26,810 bases of DNA from positions 1 to 26,810 of the forward strand of contig JANOQV010000174.1 of NCBI GenBank assembly GCA_031414955.1. The letters are read 5' to 3'. Origin of the DNA: Pedosphaera sp. (GTDB lineage Bacteria > Verrucomicrobiota > Verrucomicrobiia > Limisphaerales > SIBH01). The position numbers were made by a program, and so were the translations under genes. Positions 9,415 through 18,623 of the stretch are shown piece by piece. Numbering within the stretch: position 1 is the first letter of the stretch; every line of letters starts with the position of its first letter. The notes under the pieces are model-generated. The model ran no database searches. It saw only the letters and a list, made by a program, of their open reading frames with translations, and was not told where the DNA came from.

Positions 9415-10722
9415 ATGTTCAACCGCATTTGCTTCCACGTTTGCTGCGTCGCCCTGTGCTGGTCGGTCACGCCTCTGGGCCGGGCTGCTGATCCTTTGGA
9501 ATCTTACGTGGCCGCGCCGGACCAGTCCTACCAATGGGAGATCAAAACCAGCGAGCGCACCAACGGTTTCACTCTCGCCGCGCTGAAAATGACTTCCCAG
9601 ACCTGGCGTACCAGCGCCTGGACGCACACCGTCCAGATCGTCCGCCCGGATAAGATGCGCCACCCGGAGATCGCCTTTCTTTTTGTGACCGGCGATGGTG
9701 CCAATCAGGCTTACCTGCCCATGTTGGCCCGGTTGGCCAGCGAGGCCGGTGCCACCGCCGCCTTCGTCACGCGGGTGCCCAACCAACCACTCTATGGTGG
9801 CAAAAAGGAAGACGCTCTCATCGCCCACACCTTCGTGGAATACATGAAATCAGGCGACGACACCTGGCCCGCGCTGCTCCCGATGGTGAAGAGCGCCGTC
9901 CGCGCCATGGACACCGTCCAGGCCTACGCGCAACAGAAGCACGGTGAGAAGATCGAGAAGTTTGTCGTGGCGGGCGCTTCCAAACGCGGGTGGACCACCT
10001 GGCTGGCTGGCGCGGTGGACCCGCGCGTCGTGGCCATCGCTCCCATGGTGATCGACATGCTGAACATGAAGGCGCAGACGGAGTGGGCGGCAAAAGTTTA
10101 TGGCCGGCAGAGCGATCAGATTCGTGACTATACCGAGTTGAACCTGATCGAGAAAATGGACGATCCCGCGATGGTTAAACTCCGCAGCTTCGTCGATCCC
10201 TACAGCTACCGCGCGCGCTACAAGAAAATTCCAAAACTGCTCCTGCTCGGCACCAATGATCCCTACTGGACCGTCGATTCGTTGCGTCATTACTGGAATG
10301 ACCTTCCGGGCGAGAAGCTCGTCTTCCAGACGCCGAATGCCGGCCATAATCTAAACGGCGGTTTGCAGGCCATCGACGCGTTGGCCGCGTTTTTCCAAAT
10401 AATCGCCGATCAGGAGGAGCTTCCGAAGGTGGAGTGGAAACTCACCGCCGGCGACAAGCCGCACCTGAGCGTCCACGTCAACCGCAGCGCCAAGGGTATC
10501 CGCCTCTGGACCGCCGACTCTGAGGATCGCGACTTCCGCAACGACCGCTGGTCGAGCAAAGATCTGGAGGTGAAACCGGGCAGTGCGCTTGCCGACACCG
10601 AGGTGGCGAAGCCGGCTACTGGCTACCGCGCCTTCATGGGCGAGGTGACTCTTACCAACCGCTTCGGTCACGAATACAAGCTCTCCACCCAGGTCCAGGT
10701 GGTGCCGGATGAGGTGAGGTGA
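9415..10722 (+). CDS. PqaA-like (PhoPQ-activated pathogenicity-related) exported alpha/beta hydrolase
   Basis: Signal peptide; LxxYV...D.SY.W, SQTW, VPNQP, ED.LIA, PMVKSAVRAMD, nucleophile elbow GASKRGWTTW, DPYSY, GTNDPYW, PNAGH. Confidence 0.85.
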   Translation: MFNRICFHVCCVALCWSVTPLGRAADPLESYVAAPDQSYQWEIKTSERTNGFTLAALKMTSQTWRTSAWTHTVQIVRPDKMRHPEIAFLFVTGDGANQAYLPMLARLASEAGATAAFVTRVPNQPLYGGKKEDALIAHTFVEYMKSGDDTWPALLPMVKSAVRAMDTVQAYAQQKHGEKIEKFVVAGASKRGWTTWLAGAVDPRVVAIAPMVIDMLNMKAQTEWAAKVYGRQSDQIRDYTELNLIEKMDDPAMVKLRSFVDPYSYRARYKKIPKLLLLGTNDPYWTVDSLRHYWNDLPGEKLVFQTPNAGHNLNGGLQAIDALAAFFQIIADQEELPKVEWKLTAGDKPHLSVHVNRSAKGIRLWTADSEDRDFRNDRWSSKDLEVKPGSALADTEVAKPATGYRAFMGEVTLTNRFGHEYKLSTQVQVVPDEVR

Positions 10723-10893
10723 TTTGTCCCCGTTGGTTCGCGGGTTTCGGCACCCATAAAATCCAACGCGATCTCGCTGTGCGAATTGTGCTCGCCGTGC
10801 AGTGCCGTCCTGTCATCGGCACCTCGTGTCAAAATCAGACCGCCCGGCGGTCACGCTGGAATCCCTGTCTTCCCCAAGGCCAGGAATGGTAGC

Positions 10894-11319
10894 TCAACGG
10901 GTGGTGCGTCCGACGGTTCCCATGAGGTCGGTCTTCAGCGTGGAGATGAGGCGCGAATCAATGCCAATGATCCAGTTGTTCCCATCCACCGCCTGAGCCT
11001 CGGTTTTGACGCGCACGGTTCTTTGGTCGGGGCTGAAGCGTACCGTCACGCGCACGCGATATCCAAATTGATAAGCACCACCATAGGAGTAGAGCCAATC
11101 GGTCCGGAGGTAGCCGTTTTCCTTCGAGACCAGCGCGATCTCGAAATCATTGATCAGAACGTCAAAGACGGCGTTCCAAGCATGCTCAAAACTCAGGCCG
11201 TCACGCAGTTCGATGGCGTTCCACTGTGGCTTGTCGAGTCGCTGAAATGACTTGGGCGGGCCGGCCAAGGCGAGGGTCAGACCGGCCAGCAACACCCCGG
11301 TGCAGAGAAACAATCGCAT
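10894..11319 (-). CDS. Exported hypothetical protein, paralog of 11338-11820 (possible BamC/NlpB-like helix-grip domain)
   Basis: Type I signal peptide (..LTLALA-G). 52/109 identities, ungapped, with the neighbouring ORF, including GY.RT.WLYS, YRVRVT and KTD.MG..GRTTR. Confidence 0.75.
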   Translation of the reverse strand: MRLFLCTGVLLAGLTLALAGPPKSFQRLDKPQWNAIELRDGLSFEHAWNAVFDVLINDFEIALVSKENGYLRTDWLYSYGGAYQFGYRVRVTVRFSPDQRTVRVKTEAQAVDGNNWIIGIDSRLISTLKTDLMGTVGRTTR

Positions 11320-11337
11320 GGCGGACTCCGGGTTGAA

Positions 11338-11820
11338 TCAGCGGGTGGTCCGCCCAATCTTGCCCATGATGTCGGTCTTCATGGTCTCAAGCAGGCGCGC
11401 GTCATAGCCAGGGGTCCAGTTGCCGGGCCCACCGTACTCAGCCTCGGACTTGACCTCGACCTTGGAATGGTCGGGCGCGAACTTAATTGTGACCCGCACT
11501 CGATAATTTTCATCCACCTTGCCGGTCCAGGAGTAGAGCCAGGTAGTGCGAGCGTAACCATCCGGCTGGGAAAGAATTTCCAGGTCGAAGCGCTTAACGA
11601 GGATATCGATGACGGAGTTCCACGCGTTGGTGTACTGCACATCGCTGCGTACCTCGATGGAAGCCCAGGTTTGCTCCATCGTCTTGACGAAGGTCTTTGG
11701 CGTGGAACATCCGGCCACCAGGACACTGGCCAGCACTACCACCGCGAGCAGGGCGAGGTTGCGAAAGTTAAGTAGCCGGGCCAAGGAACATGGAATGATT
11801 TGCTGGGCGAGTTGTTTCAT
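11338..11820 (-). CDS. Putative lipoprotein, paralog of 10894-11319
   Basis: ATG at 11820 preferred (promoter-like TTGACG-17-CTGAAT just upstream); hydrophobic stretch with lipobox VAGC; paralogy with the downstream ORF. Confidence 0.75.
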   Translation of the reverse strand: MKQLAQQIIPCSLARLLNFRNLALLAVVVLASVLVAGCSTPKTFVKTMEQTWASIEVRSDVQYTNAWNSVIDILVKRFDLEILSQPDGYARTTWLYSWTGKVDENYRVRVTIKFAPDHSKVEVKSEAEYGGPGNWTPGYDARLLETMKTDIMGKIGRTTR

Positions 11821-11954
11821 GGGCGAATTCAGCCCTGCCAACCCCACCGCGTCAAGCCGCATGAGCAGCGGCTTTAGTGGGCGAGGCTGATCGTGAAGTC
11901 TCCTCTGCTCTGGTCGGGTGCATCCGCAGTATGGTTACGACCGGCGACGCGGCA

Positions 11955-12142
11955 CTGCCCTGGCCCGGAGGGTTTTTGGTCAAGGGTTGAAGCAAGTGCG
12001 GGCCGAAGTGAGCCTGGCGCACTGGGCCAACAAGCTGAAGCGGGCGCCGGCGGTGTTCGATCAGATCAAGCTGCTGGCGGCTGGGAAAAACCTGGCCGCC
12101 GGAGCGGGTCACGCGAGCATAAGCTCCGGGACGGTGGCCTGA
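11955..12142 (+). pseudogene. Degenerate C-terminal fragment of an IS1182-like (DDE) transposase
   Basis: PGGFLVK / frameshift near 11984 / GLKQVRAEVSLAHWANKLKRA..FDQIKLLAA resembles the F..RGL.KV..E.SL...AYNLKR C-terminus of IS1182-type transposases. No N-terminal part is present. Confidence 0.6.
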
Positions 12143-12433
12143 GCCGTTACGACCGGAGGTGGCGGTGCTTGGAACCATGTTTCCCAGTCCGGTGGTCGAT
12201 CTCCCAACCCGTCGTCATCCGCCGGGACACTTGTTTTCCCTACCGGCGCCTCACGCCGCGATCCGTGGAAGGCCGCGATGATCTGAGCAACACGCCACGC
12301 CCTCAGGCGGCACCCTTTCGGATGAGCAGGGAAAGCTTGCGCTCTGATCATGGGCGCACTTTGGGATCCTCGTTTCTCATCGTGCCCGGCTGCAAGCCGG
12401 ATGCCGGGACGAACCGGGGGGGGTGAAATTCAG

Positions 12434-13888
12434 CTAGGCCAGAATGCCCCGCACCACTTCGCCCGCCACATCGGTGAGGCGGTAGTCGCGCCCCTCGAAA
12501 CGGTGCGTGAGCTTCGTGTGGTCGAGGCCCAGCAGGTGCATCATCGTGGCATGGAAATCGTGAACGTGAACCGGATTCTCCGTGATGTTATACGCGAAGT
12601 CATCCGTCGCGCCGTAGGTCAGGCCGCCCTTGATGCCGCCGCCGGCCATCAGGAGCGAGAAACAGCGCGGATGATGATCCCGGCCAAAACTATCTTTCTT
12701 GATCTCGCCCTGGCTGTAGCTGGTGCGTCCGAATTCGCCGCCCCAGATGACCAGCGTGTCGTCGAGCAATCCGCGCTGCTTCAGATCGGCCAGGAGTGCG
12801 CCGCTCGCCTGGTCTGTGTTCTTGGTCTGGGTCCGAATCTGTTTCGGCAAATTATCATGGTGATCCCAGTCTCGATGGCAAAGCTGGATGAAGCGCACCC
12901 CGCGCTCGGCCAACCGGCGGGCAAGCAGGCAGTTGTTCGCGTAGGAAGCTTTGCCCGGCTCTGCTCCATAGGCTTCGAGCACGGCCTTCGGTTCCTTCGC
13001 GATGTCCATCAGTTCCGGCACGCTGGTCTGCATGCGATAGGCCAGTTCGTAATTCTCGATGTGGGTTGCGATTTCAGGGTCGCCGATCATCCCGAGTTGC
13101 ATCCGGTTCAACTCTTGCATCGAATCGATGAGCTTGCGGCGTGTCGTGCCATCGATGCCTTTTGGGTTGGAAAGGTAGAGCACCGGATCACCCCCGCTTC
13201 GAAAGGGGACGCCCTGATAATTCCCCGGCAGGAAGCCGCTGCCCCAATAGCGCGCCTGCAAGGACTGCCCGCCACTGCCGCTCAACAGCACGACAAAGCC
13301 CGGCAGGTTCGCGTTCTCGCTGCCCAGTCCGTAAGTGATCCACGAGCCCATGGTTGGGCGGCCGGGTTGTTGGTTGCCCGTGCCGAAAAAGGTCACCGCC
13401 GGATCGTGATTGATCGGCTCGGTGAACATGGAGCGGATGAGGCAGAGGTCGTCGGCTTGCTTGGCCATGTTCGGCAGCAACTCGCTGAACTCCATTCCAC
13501 ACTTGCCGTGCTTCTTGAATTCAAACGGCGACCCAACGCAGAGCAACTGCTTCTGTCCGCTGGTCATGCCCGTGATGCGCTGGCCCCCTCGGACCGAGGC
13601 GGGTAGTTCGGTGTTGGTGAGTTCCTTGAGCCGAGGCTTGGGGTCGAACAAGTCAATGTGCGACGGCGCGCCGGATTGGAAAAGATAGATGATGCGCTTG
13701 GCCTTCGCCGGGTGATGCAATTGCGGCAGAATTCCTCCGACGGGCCTGGCTCCGACGATTTTCTTTTCCGCCCCGAGGAGCCGGCCGTTCAGGAGAGAGG
13801 CCAGCGCCATGGTCCCCAGCCCCGTGGAACTGCGCGCGAGAAACGTGCGGCGCGAAGTCAGTTTGTTGGAATCATCAAACGGGTTCAT
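12434..13888 (-). CDS. DUF1501 domain-containing protein (Tat-exported, sulfatase-like fold)
   Basis: SRRTFL Tat motif, AKAKRIIYLFQSGAPSHIDLFDPKP, NHDPA, CLLARRLAERGVRFIQL, WDHH, WGGEFGRT, GRDHHP, RLTDVAGEVV. Confidence 0.92.
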   Translation of the reverse strand: MNPFDDSNKLTSRRTFLARSSTGLGTMALASLLNGRLLGAEKKIVGARPVGGILPQLHHPAKAKRIIYLFQSGAPSHIDLFDPKPRLKELTNTELPASVRGGQRITGMTSGQKQLLCVGSPFEFKKHGKCGMEFSELLPNMAKQADDLCLIRSMFTEPINHDPAVTFFGTGNQQPGRPTMGSWITYGLGSENANLPGFVVLLSGSGGQSLQARYWGSGFLPGNYQGVPFRSGGDPVLYLSNPKGIDGTTRRKLIDSMQELNRMQLGMIGDPEIATHIENYELAYRMQTSVPELMDIAKEPKAVLEAYGAEPGKASYANNCLLARRLAERGVRFIQLCHRDWDHHDNLPKQIRTQTKNTDQASGALLADLKQRGLLDDTLVIWGGEFGRTSYSQGEIKKDSFGRDHHPRCFSLLMAGGGIKGGLTYGATDDFAYNITENPVHVHDFHATMMHLLGLDHTKLTHRFEGRDYRLTDVAGEVVRGILA

Positions 13889-13894
13889 GGCAGA

Positions 13895-16800
13895 TCACTT
13901 CGTCAGGGTTTCACTCAAGTTCAGGAGCACATTTGCCACGCTGGTCATGGCGGCGAGATCCGCCGCTTCCAGGTCTTTCGGACGCGGCGATTCGCCGACG
14001 CTGAGCAAGGATGCGGCGGCGGCCTGGTCGCTGTTGAATCGTTCGTGTTGCTCACGGAAAGTTTTCTCCAGCACTTTGATTTCTGCGGGACGGGGCGGGC
14101 GGGCCAGCACTAGGCGGAAGGCGTAGGCGAGTTGTTGCCGCCGTTCCGGGCCACCCTCTTGCAGCGCCCGCGCGCCGAGCGCGCGCGCCGCTTCGACATA
14201 GACCGGATCATTCATCATCACCAGCGATTGCAAGGGCGTGCTGGTGCGCTGGCGCTGGGCCGTGCAAACCTCGCGGCTCGGCGCGTCGAAGGCGGCCAAG
14301 CTCGGGTTGATCACCGCCCGCTTCCAGAAGACATACAGACCGCGCCGATAAAGGTCCGCGCCTTTGCTTTGTTCATAAGTGTGGTCCGTGATCTCCCACA
14401 ATCCCGACGGGTGATAGGGCTTGACGCTGGGGCCGCCGATCTTGGAGTTCAACAGTCCGCTGACCGCCAGCGCGTTGTCGCGGATGAACTCGGCATCCAA
14501 ACGCAGGCGCGGCCCACGCGAGATAAATCTGTTGTAGGGATCGCGCTCCAACTTTTCCTTGTTCACCACCGCCGACTGGCGATATGCGGCGCTGGTGACC
14601 ATGAGGCGAACCATGTGCTTGAGGTCCCAGGCGGTTGCGAGGGGATTAGGTCTGGCGTCTTGGATCTTGGCCCCGGACCCCGGACCCCGGACCCCGGACC
14701 CGCCTTGGCTGAATTCGCTCGCCAGCCAGTCCAGTAACTCCGGATGGCTCGGGCGTTCCCCTTGCGAGCCGAAGTCGTTCGCGGTCTTTACCAGTCCCGT
14801 GCCGAAGAACATCGCCCAGAGTCGGTTCACCGTGACCCGCGCGGTCAGCGGATTGTTTGGGGCCACCAGCCAGCGCGCGAGCGCGAGCCGGTTCGTCGGC
14901 TGACCGGAGGGCAGGGGAGGCAGGCTGCCGGGAGTGCCGGGCGTGACTTTGTCCCCTTTGTTCAGATAGCTGCCGCGCACGAGAATGAATGTGTCGCGTG
15001 GTTTCTCCATCTCCTCCATGACCATCGTGTCCGGGATGGCCGCCAGCAGTTCCTGCTTCCCTTGTTCCAATTGCCGGAGCCGGTCCTGGGCGGCGAGGAA
15101 CTCCAGGGCGCGATGCTCGCGGAAAAACTTCTTCAACTCCTCACGCTGCTCCGGGCTGCGCTGCTCGGCGGGGGATTTCGCGACGAGCAGGTGGGGGTAA
15201 GCGAACAGTTCCCCGACCTCGTTAGTCTTCAAGGCCCGAGCGTAAAATCGAACGTCGTCAATCAGCCCGTCAAACGGGAACGCCTTCCGCCTCGTGCCGA
15301 TTAACAGCGAGGCCTTCGTCGCAATGCTGGCCGAGAGCTTGTCTGTGGGCGTCTCCAGTTCAACGGCGCGTCCGTCCACGAACAGCCTCACTCCCGCCGC
15401 TTTCTTCGAGCCGTCGTAAGTCGCGATCAGGTGCGTCCAGCGTTTGGTGGAGAGTGCTTCCTTGCTCGCCACCTTGATCGCGTTGTCGGGGAACTGGTGC
15501 GCGAGATGCACTTCAACCTTGCCCTTGGAGATGAGCAGGTCGAAGCCGCGATAGTCCGGCCCTTCCTCCATCTTGCTCAACACGGTGCCGGTCGCGCCGT
15601 GAAGTTTGATCCATGCTCCGTAGCTGAATGAATTCGTGAACTCGAATTGCACCGCCGGGCCGGCTTCCACGAACTCATTCGTTTTGCCCTTGAGCTTGAG
15701 CGCGCGGCCCAGTTTGCCTGCGACGAGTTCATTCGTCGTCGAAGTCGTCTCCTCAAACGCAAACTCCTTCAGCAAGCCCGCGATTTGAGGCGCCTTCACC
15801 TCGCCCAATTCCTTCTCCCACTTCGCCTGCGCTTTGGGCAGTTCCGTCTCGCGCGCGGACTGGACCTTTTCTGCGGCGGGAATCCGTTCCAGATACGTGA
15901 GCAGCTTCGAGCCTTGTTCGGGCGTCGGCAGCCGGACCACCGGGCCGGGATTCCGTTTGCGCGTCCCGTCGAGGCCTTTCTCTGGGATGCTGTTGAAGAA
16001 GGCGTAAAAACGATAGAAGTCGCGCGTCGAGATTGGATCGTATTTATGATCATGACATTCGGCGCAGCCCATCGTCGTGCCGAGCCAGACTTGCGCGGTC
16101 GTGCTCACGCGGTCCACTTGGTACTTGGTCAGGTACTCCTCCGGGTCCACCCCTCCCTCGTCGGTCGTCATCACGTTGCGATGAAAGCCCGTGGCAATTT
16201 TCTGCTCGAGCGTCGAGTTGGGCAGCAGGTCGCCGGCGATTTGCTCGATCGTGAACTGGTCGAATGGCTTGTTGTCGTTGAACGACTTGATCACCCAGTC
16301 GCGCCAATGATGCATCTGCCGAAAGCCGTCGAAGTGGTAGCCTGCCGTGTCCGCATACCGCGCCTGATCCAGCCACGCCTGCGCCATGCGTTCACCGAAG
16401 CGGGGCGAAGCCAGCAACCGATCCACGACCCTCTCGTAGGCATCAGGATTCCTGTCCGCGAGAAACGAATCCACTTCCTCGATGCTCGGAGGCAGCCCCG
16501 TCAGGTCCAGGCTCGCGCGGCGCACGAGCGTGGTGCGGTCGGCTTCCTCGTTGGGCTTCAGCCCTTTTTCCTTCAACTTCGTCCGCACGAACGCGTCGAG
16601 CGGATTGTTGACTCCAGCCTTCACCCCCGGCACCTCGGGCCGCTGCGGGGCGACGTAGGCCCAATGCTCGGCCCATTTCGCGCCCTGATCGATCCAGCGG
16701 CGGAGCAAATCAATCTGGACCTTGCTCAACTGCTTGCCTGTCTTCGCGGGCGGCATGTGGTCGTCATCGTCCGCCGGCAGGGAGAGCACTTTCAACAACT

Positions 16801-17074
16801 GGCTTTGCTGCGACTGGCCCGGCACCACGGCGATGTGGCCCGAGTCGAGTTGCTTGAAAACCTCTTCCTTCACGTCCAGGCGCAATCCTGCCTTGCGCTT
16901 TTTCTCATCCGGCCCGTGGCAGGCGAAGCAGTTCTCCGAGAAGATGGGCCGGATGTCGCGGCTAAAGTCGATCGCGGGGCCGGCCGCCGCACGGCTTCGC
17001 GCGGCCCCGGCCAGCGTGGCGGCGAGCAGGAGCCATCGCATCAGCGAACCGGCCAAAGTGTTATTTGAATGCAT
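13895..17074 (-). CDS. Planctomycete cytochrome c (PSCyt1) - DUF1549 - LamG-like - DUF1553 protein
   Basis: [17 protein letters not shown] heme motif, [25 protein letters not shown], second [11 protein letters not shown], LamG-like W.H...[38 protein letters not shown]. Sits directly upstream of DUF1501, as is typical. The start could be ATG 17042. Confidence 0.92.
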   Translation of the reverse strand: MHSNNTLAGSLMRWLLLAATLAGAARSRAAAGPAIDFSRDIRPIFSENCFACHGPDEKKRKAGLRLDVKEEVFKQLDSGHIAVVPGQSQQSQLLKVLSLPADDDDHMPPAKTGKQLSKVQIDLLRRWIDQGAKWAEHWAYVAPQRPEVPGVKAGVNNPLDAFVRTKLKEKGLKPNEEADRTTLVRRASLDLTGLPPSIEEVDSFLADRNPDAYERVVDRLLASPRFGERMAQAWLDQARYADTAGYHFDGFRQMHHWRDWVIKSFNDNKPFDQFTIEQIAGDLLPNSTLEQKIATGFHRNVMTTDEGGVDPEEYLTKYQVDRVSTTAQVWLGTTMGCAECHDHKYDPISTRDFYRFYAFFNSIPEKGLDGTRKRNPGPVVRLPTPEQGSKLLTYLERIPAAEKVQSARETELPKAQAKWEKELGEVKAPQIAGLLKEFAFEETTSTTNELVAGKLGRALKLKGKTNEFVEAGPAVQFEFTNSFSYGAWIKLHGATGTVLSKMEEGPDYRGFDLLISKGKVEVHLAHQFPDNAIKVASKEALSTKRWTHLIATYDGSKKAAGVRLFVDGRAVELETPTDKLSASIATKASLLIGTRRKAFPFDGLIDDVRFYARALKTNEVGELFAYPHLLVAKSPAEQRSPEQREELKKFFREHRALEFLAAQDRLRQLEQGKQELLAAIPDTMVMEEMEKPRDTFILVRGSYLNKGDKVTPGTPGSLPPLPSGQPTNRLALARWLVAPNNPLTARVTVNRLWAMFFGTGLVKTANDFGSQGERPSHPELLDWLASEFSQGGSGVRGPGSGAKIQDARPNPLATAWDLKHMVRLMVTSAAYRQSAVVNKEKLERDPYNRFISRGPRLRLDAEFIRDNALAVSGLLNSKIGGPSVKPYHPSGLWEITDHTYEQSKGADLYRRGLYVFWKRAVINPSLAAFDAPSREVCTAQRQRTSTPLQSLVMMNDPVYVEAARALGARALQEGGPERRQQLAYAFRLVLARPPRPAEIKVLEKTFREQHERFNSDQAAAASLLSVGESPRPKDLEAADLAAMTSVANVLLNLSETLTK
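14651..14699. repeat. 7-bp tandem repeat inside the DUF1553 coding region
   Basis: TCTGGCG TCTTGGA TCTTGGC followed by 4x CCCGGAC; encodes part of the [17 protein letters not shown] insert. Confidence 0.8.
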
Positions 17075-17128
17075 GGGAACGGAACCAAGTGAAACAGACG
17101 CCTGCGCCGATGTCAGTTTTCAATTCTT

Positions 17129-17152
17129 GTGGCGCCGGCTTTTCGGCGCCAC
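17129..17152. other. GC-rich hairpin upstream of the PSCyt1 gene
   Basis: GTGGCGCCG-GCTTTT-CGGCGCCAC, perfect 9-bp stem. Confidence 0.3.
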
Positions 17153-17247
17153 CGGGCACTCGTCGCAAATGGTCAGCACGGTCTGGAAAAAAGGCGGATG
17201 CGCCGAGCCTCGATCGGCACGAATGCGGACGGCGAAAACAGTGACTA

Positions 17248-17774
17248 GTCGGCTGGGCACTTTCAATTACGCCCAGGACCAACCCATCCCGCACCAGTTG
17301 AATCCAATCGGCACCCGACTGCGCGAACTCGCGGCGCTGAACAAGGACCTCGGGTTGCAGCCCGGTTTCCAAAATCATTCCGGCGACAGTCGCGTGGGCA
17401 CGCCGATTTGGGACATCTGGACCATGATCAAGGATCTCGATCCCCAGGCCATGGGCATCTGCTTCGACCTCGGGCACGCGACCATCGAAGGCGGTCTGGC
17501 GTGGCCAACGCATTTCCGGCTCGCCGCGCCTCACCTCACCGCGGTTTTCGTGAAAGACTTTCGCTGGTAGAAAACCGGCCAGGCTTGGAAAGCCGCGTGG
17601 TACCCGCTCGGCGAAGGCATGGTGAACCGGGGTTTCTTCACTCGTTTGCCGGCCACGAACTACACCGGCCCGATTTGCCAGCATCACGAATACGAACTGG
17701 GCGAGAACGACGCCAGGCGCGCGCACTTCAAAAATGACCTGGCCACGCTGCGTGAATGGCTGAAAGGGGTCTGA
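17248..17774 (+). pseudogene. Sugar phosphate isomerase/epimerase (xylose-isomerase-like TIM barrel) pseudogene
   Basis: QNHSG, G.PIWD, FDLGHATIEGG.AW, VKDFRW, then an in-frame TAG (17568-17570). The family-like sequence continues (PLGEGMVN..FF..Y.GPI.QH.EY..DL..LR.WL) to TGA 17774. The N-terminal half is missing. Confidence 0.8.
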
Positions 17775-17938
17775 CCACGGGGAGTTCGCGAGACGGGCGG
17801 CAGCGGCGGGCGGTGGAAGAAAGCGGGCGGCTGGCTCCCGAAGGCCGCGACGTGGGACGGGCGGCGGCGCGGCGGAGACCAGGAAATTTTTCTCCTGGAT
17901 TCCTTGTTTCCGGTTTCTCTGATTCAATTTCACAGCAT

Positions 17939-18553
17939 ATGACTATTTCGTACAATTGTGGTTCACGAGGATATTTGAAGCGCGCACGAAAACTTTTGGA
18001 CGAAGGCACTCAAGAATCGCTCTTTCACGCTGCCTTTGAATTGCGGTGCGGAATAGAATCTCGGCTCCAAGAATACTTGGAAGTTCAAGACCAAATCTCC
18101 AACAGCAAGAAAGAAGGCTGGCAAATCGCAAAACTGGCCAAAGGCTTGGAAAGTGCGTTTAAGTTGGGAGACAAAATCGTCGAGCTTGAATTCTTGGAGC
18201 TTAAGACCGGGCAAAAAATGCCTGTCTATTTCACACCTGTCACAGCCCGCCTGCGCAAGCAAGGTGAGCGGTTGGGCGACTATCTGCACGCAATGAAGAA
18301 AGCGAGAGACGACGCAGACGCATGGTGGAAAGAGACACGGAAAAATCTTGAGGATACCTGCGAGCAGCTTTCAGTCGCCAACAAGGGCACGCTGCTGGGA
18401 CCGCCTCTCACGCGCCCTAATGGGGCGGTGAATCTTCACATCGAATTAGGCGTGTATCCTAAGCAGGACGACTTCATGCTTTCCAATAGCAAAGCGGGAT
18501 TTCGGCTGCAAATGAATGTTTGTTACCTTGTCAAATTGCCGGAGAGCGTTTGA
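17939..18553 (+). CDS. Hypothetical protein, candidate HEPN-like domain
   Basis: ATG 17939, 204 aa, low GC (two sampled 60-nt lines gave 42% and 45%). Helical YLKRARKLL...LFHAAFELRCGIESRLQEYL plus R-x5-H (RLGDYLH). Confidence 0.7.
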   Translation: MTISYNCGSRGYLKRARKLLDEGTQESLFHAAFELRCGIESRLQEYLEVQDQISNSKKEGWQIAKLAKGLESAFKLGDKIVELEFLELKTGQKMPVYFTPVTARLRKQGERLGDYLHAMKKARDDADAWWKETRKNLEDTCEQLSVANKGTLLGPPLTRPNGAVNLHIELGVYPKQDDFMLSNSKAGFRLQMNVCYLVKLPESV

Positions 18554-18589
18554 ACCAAGCATGGCTGAAACCATTGCTGCGGGCGGCAA

Positions 18590-18617
18590 TTGTCGGTCAA
18601 CAAAAATCAACTAATCT
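18590..18617 (+). promoter_or_regulatory. Putative sigma70-type promoter, probably leaderless
   Basis: TTGTCG-16 nt-TAATCT ending 6 nt before ATG 18624; no clear Shine-Dalgarno sequence. Confidence 0.45.
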
Positions 18618-18623
18618 GGTGAC

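Noticed and set aside
17568..17570. In-frame TAG as pyrrolysine or stop-codon reassignment
   Set aside because: The gene is also 5'-truncated, TAG ends normal genes in this window, and no pyl genes are present.
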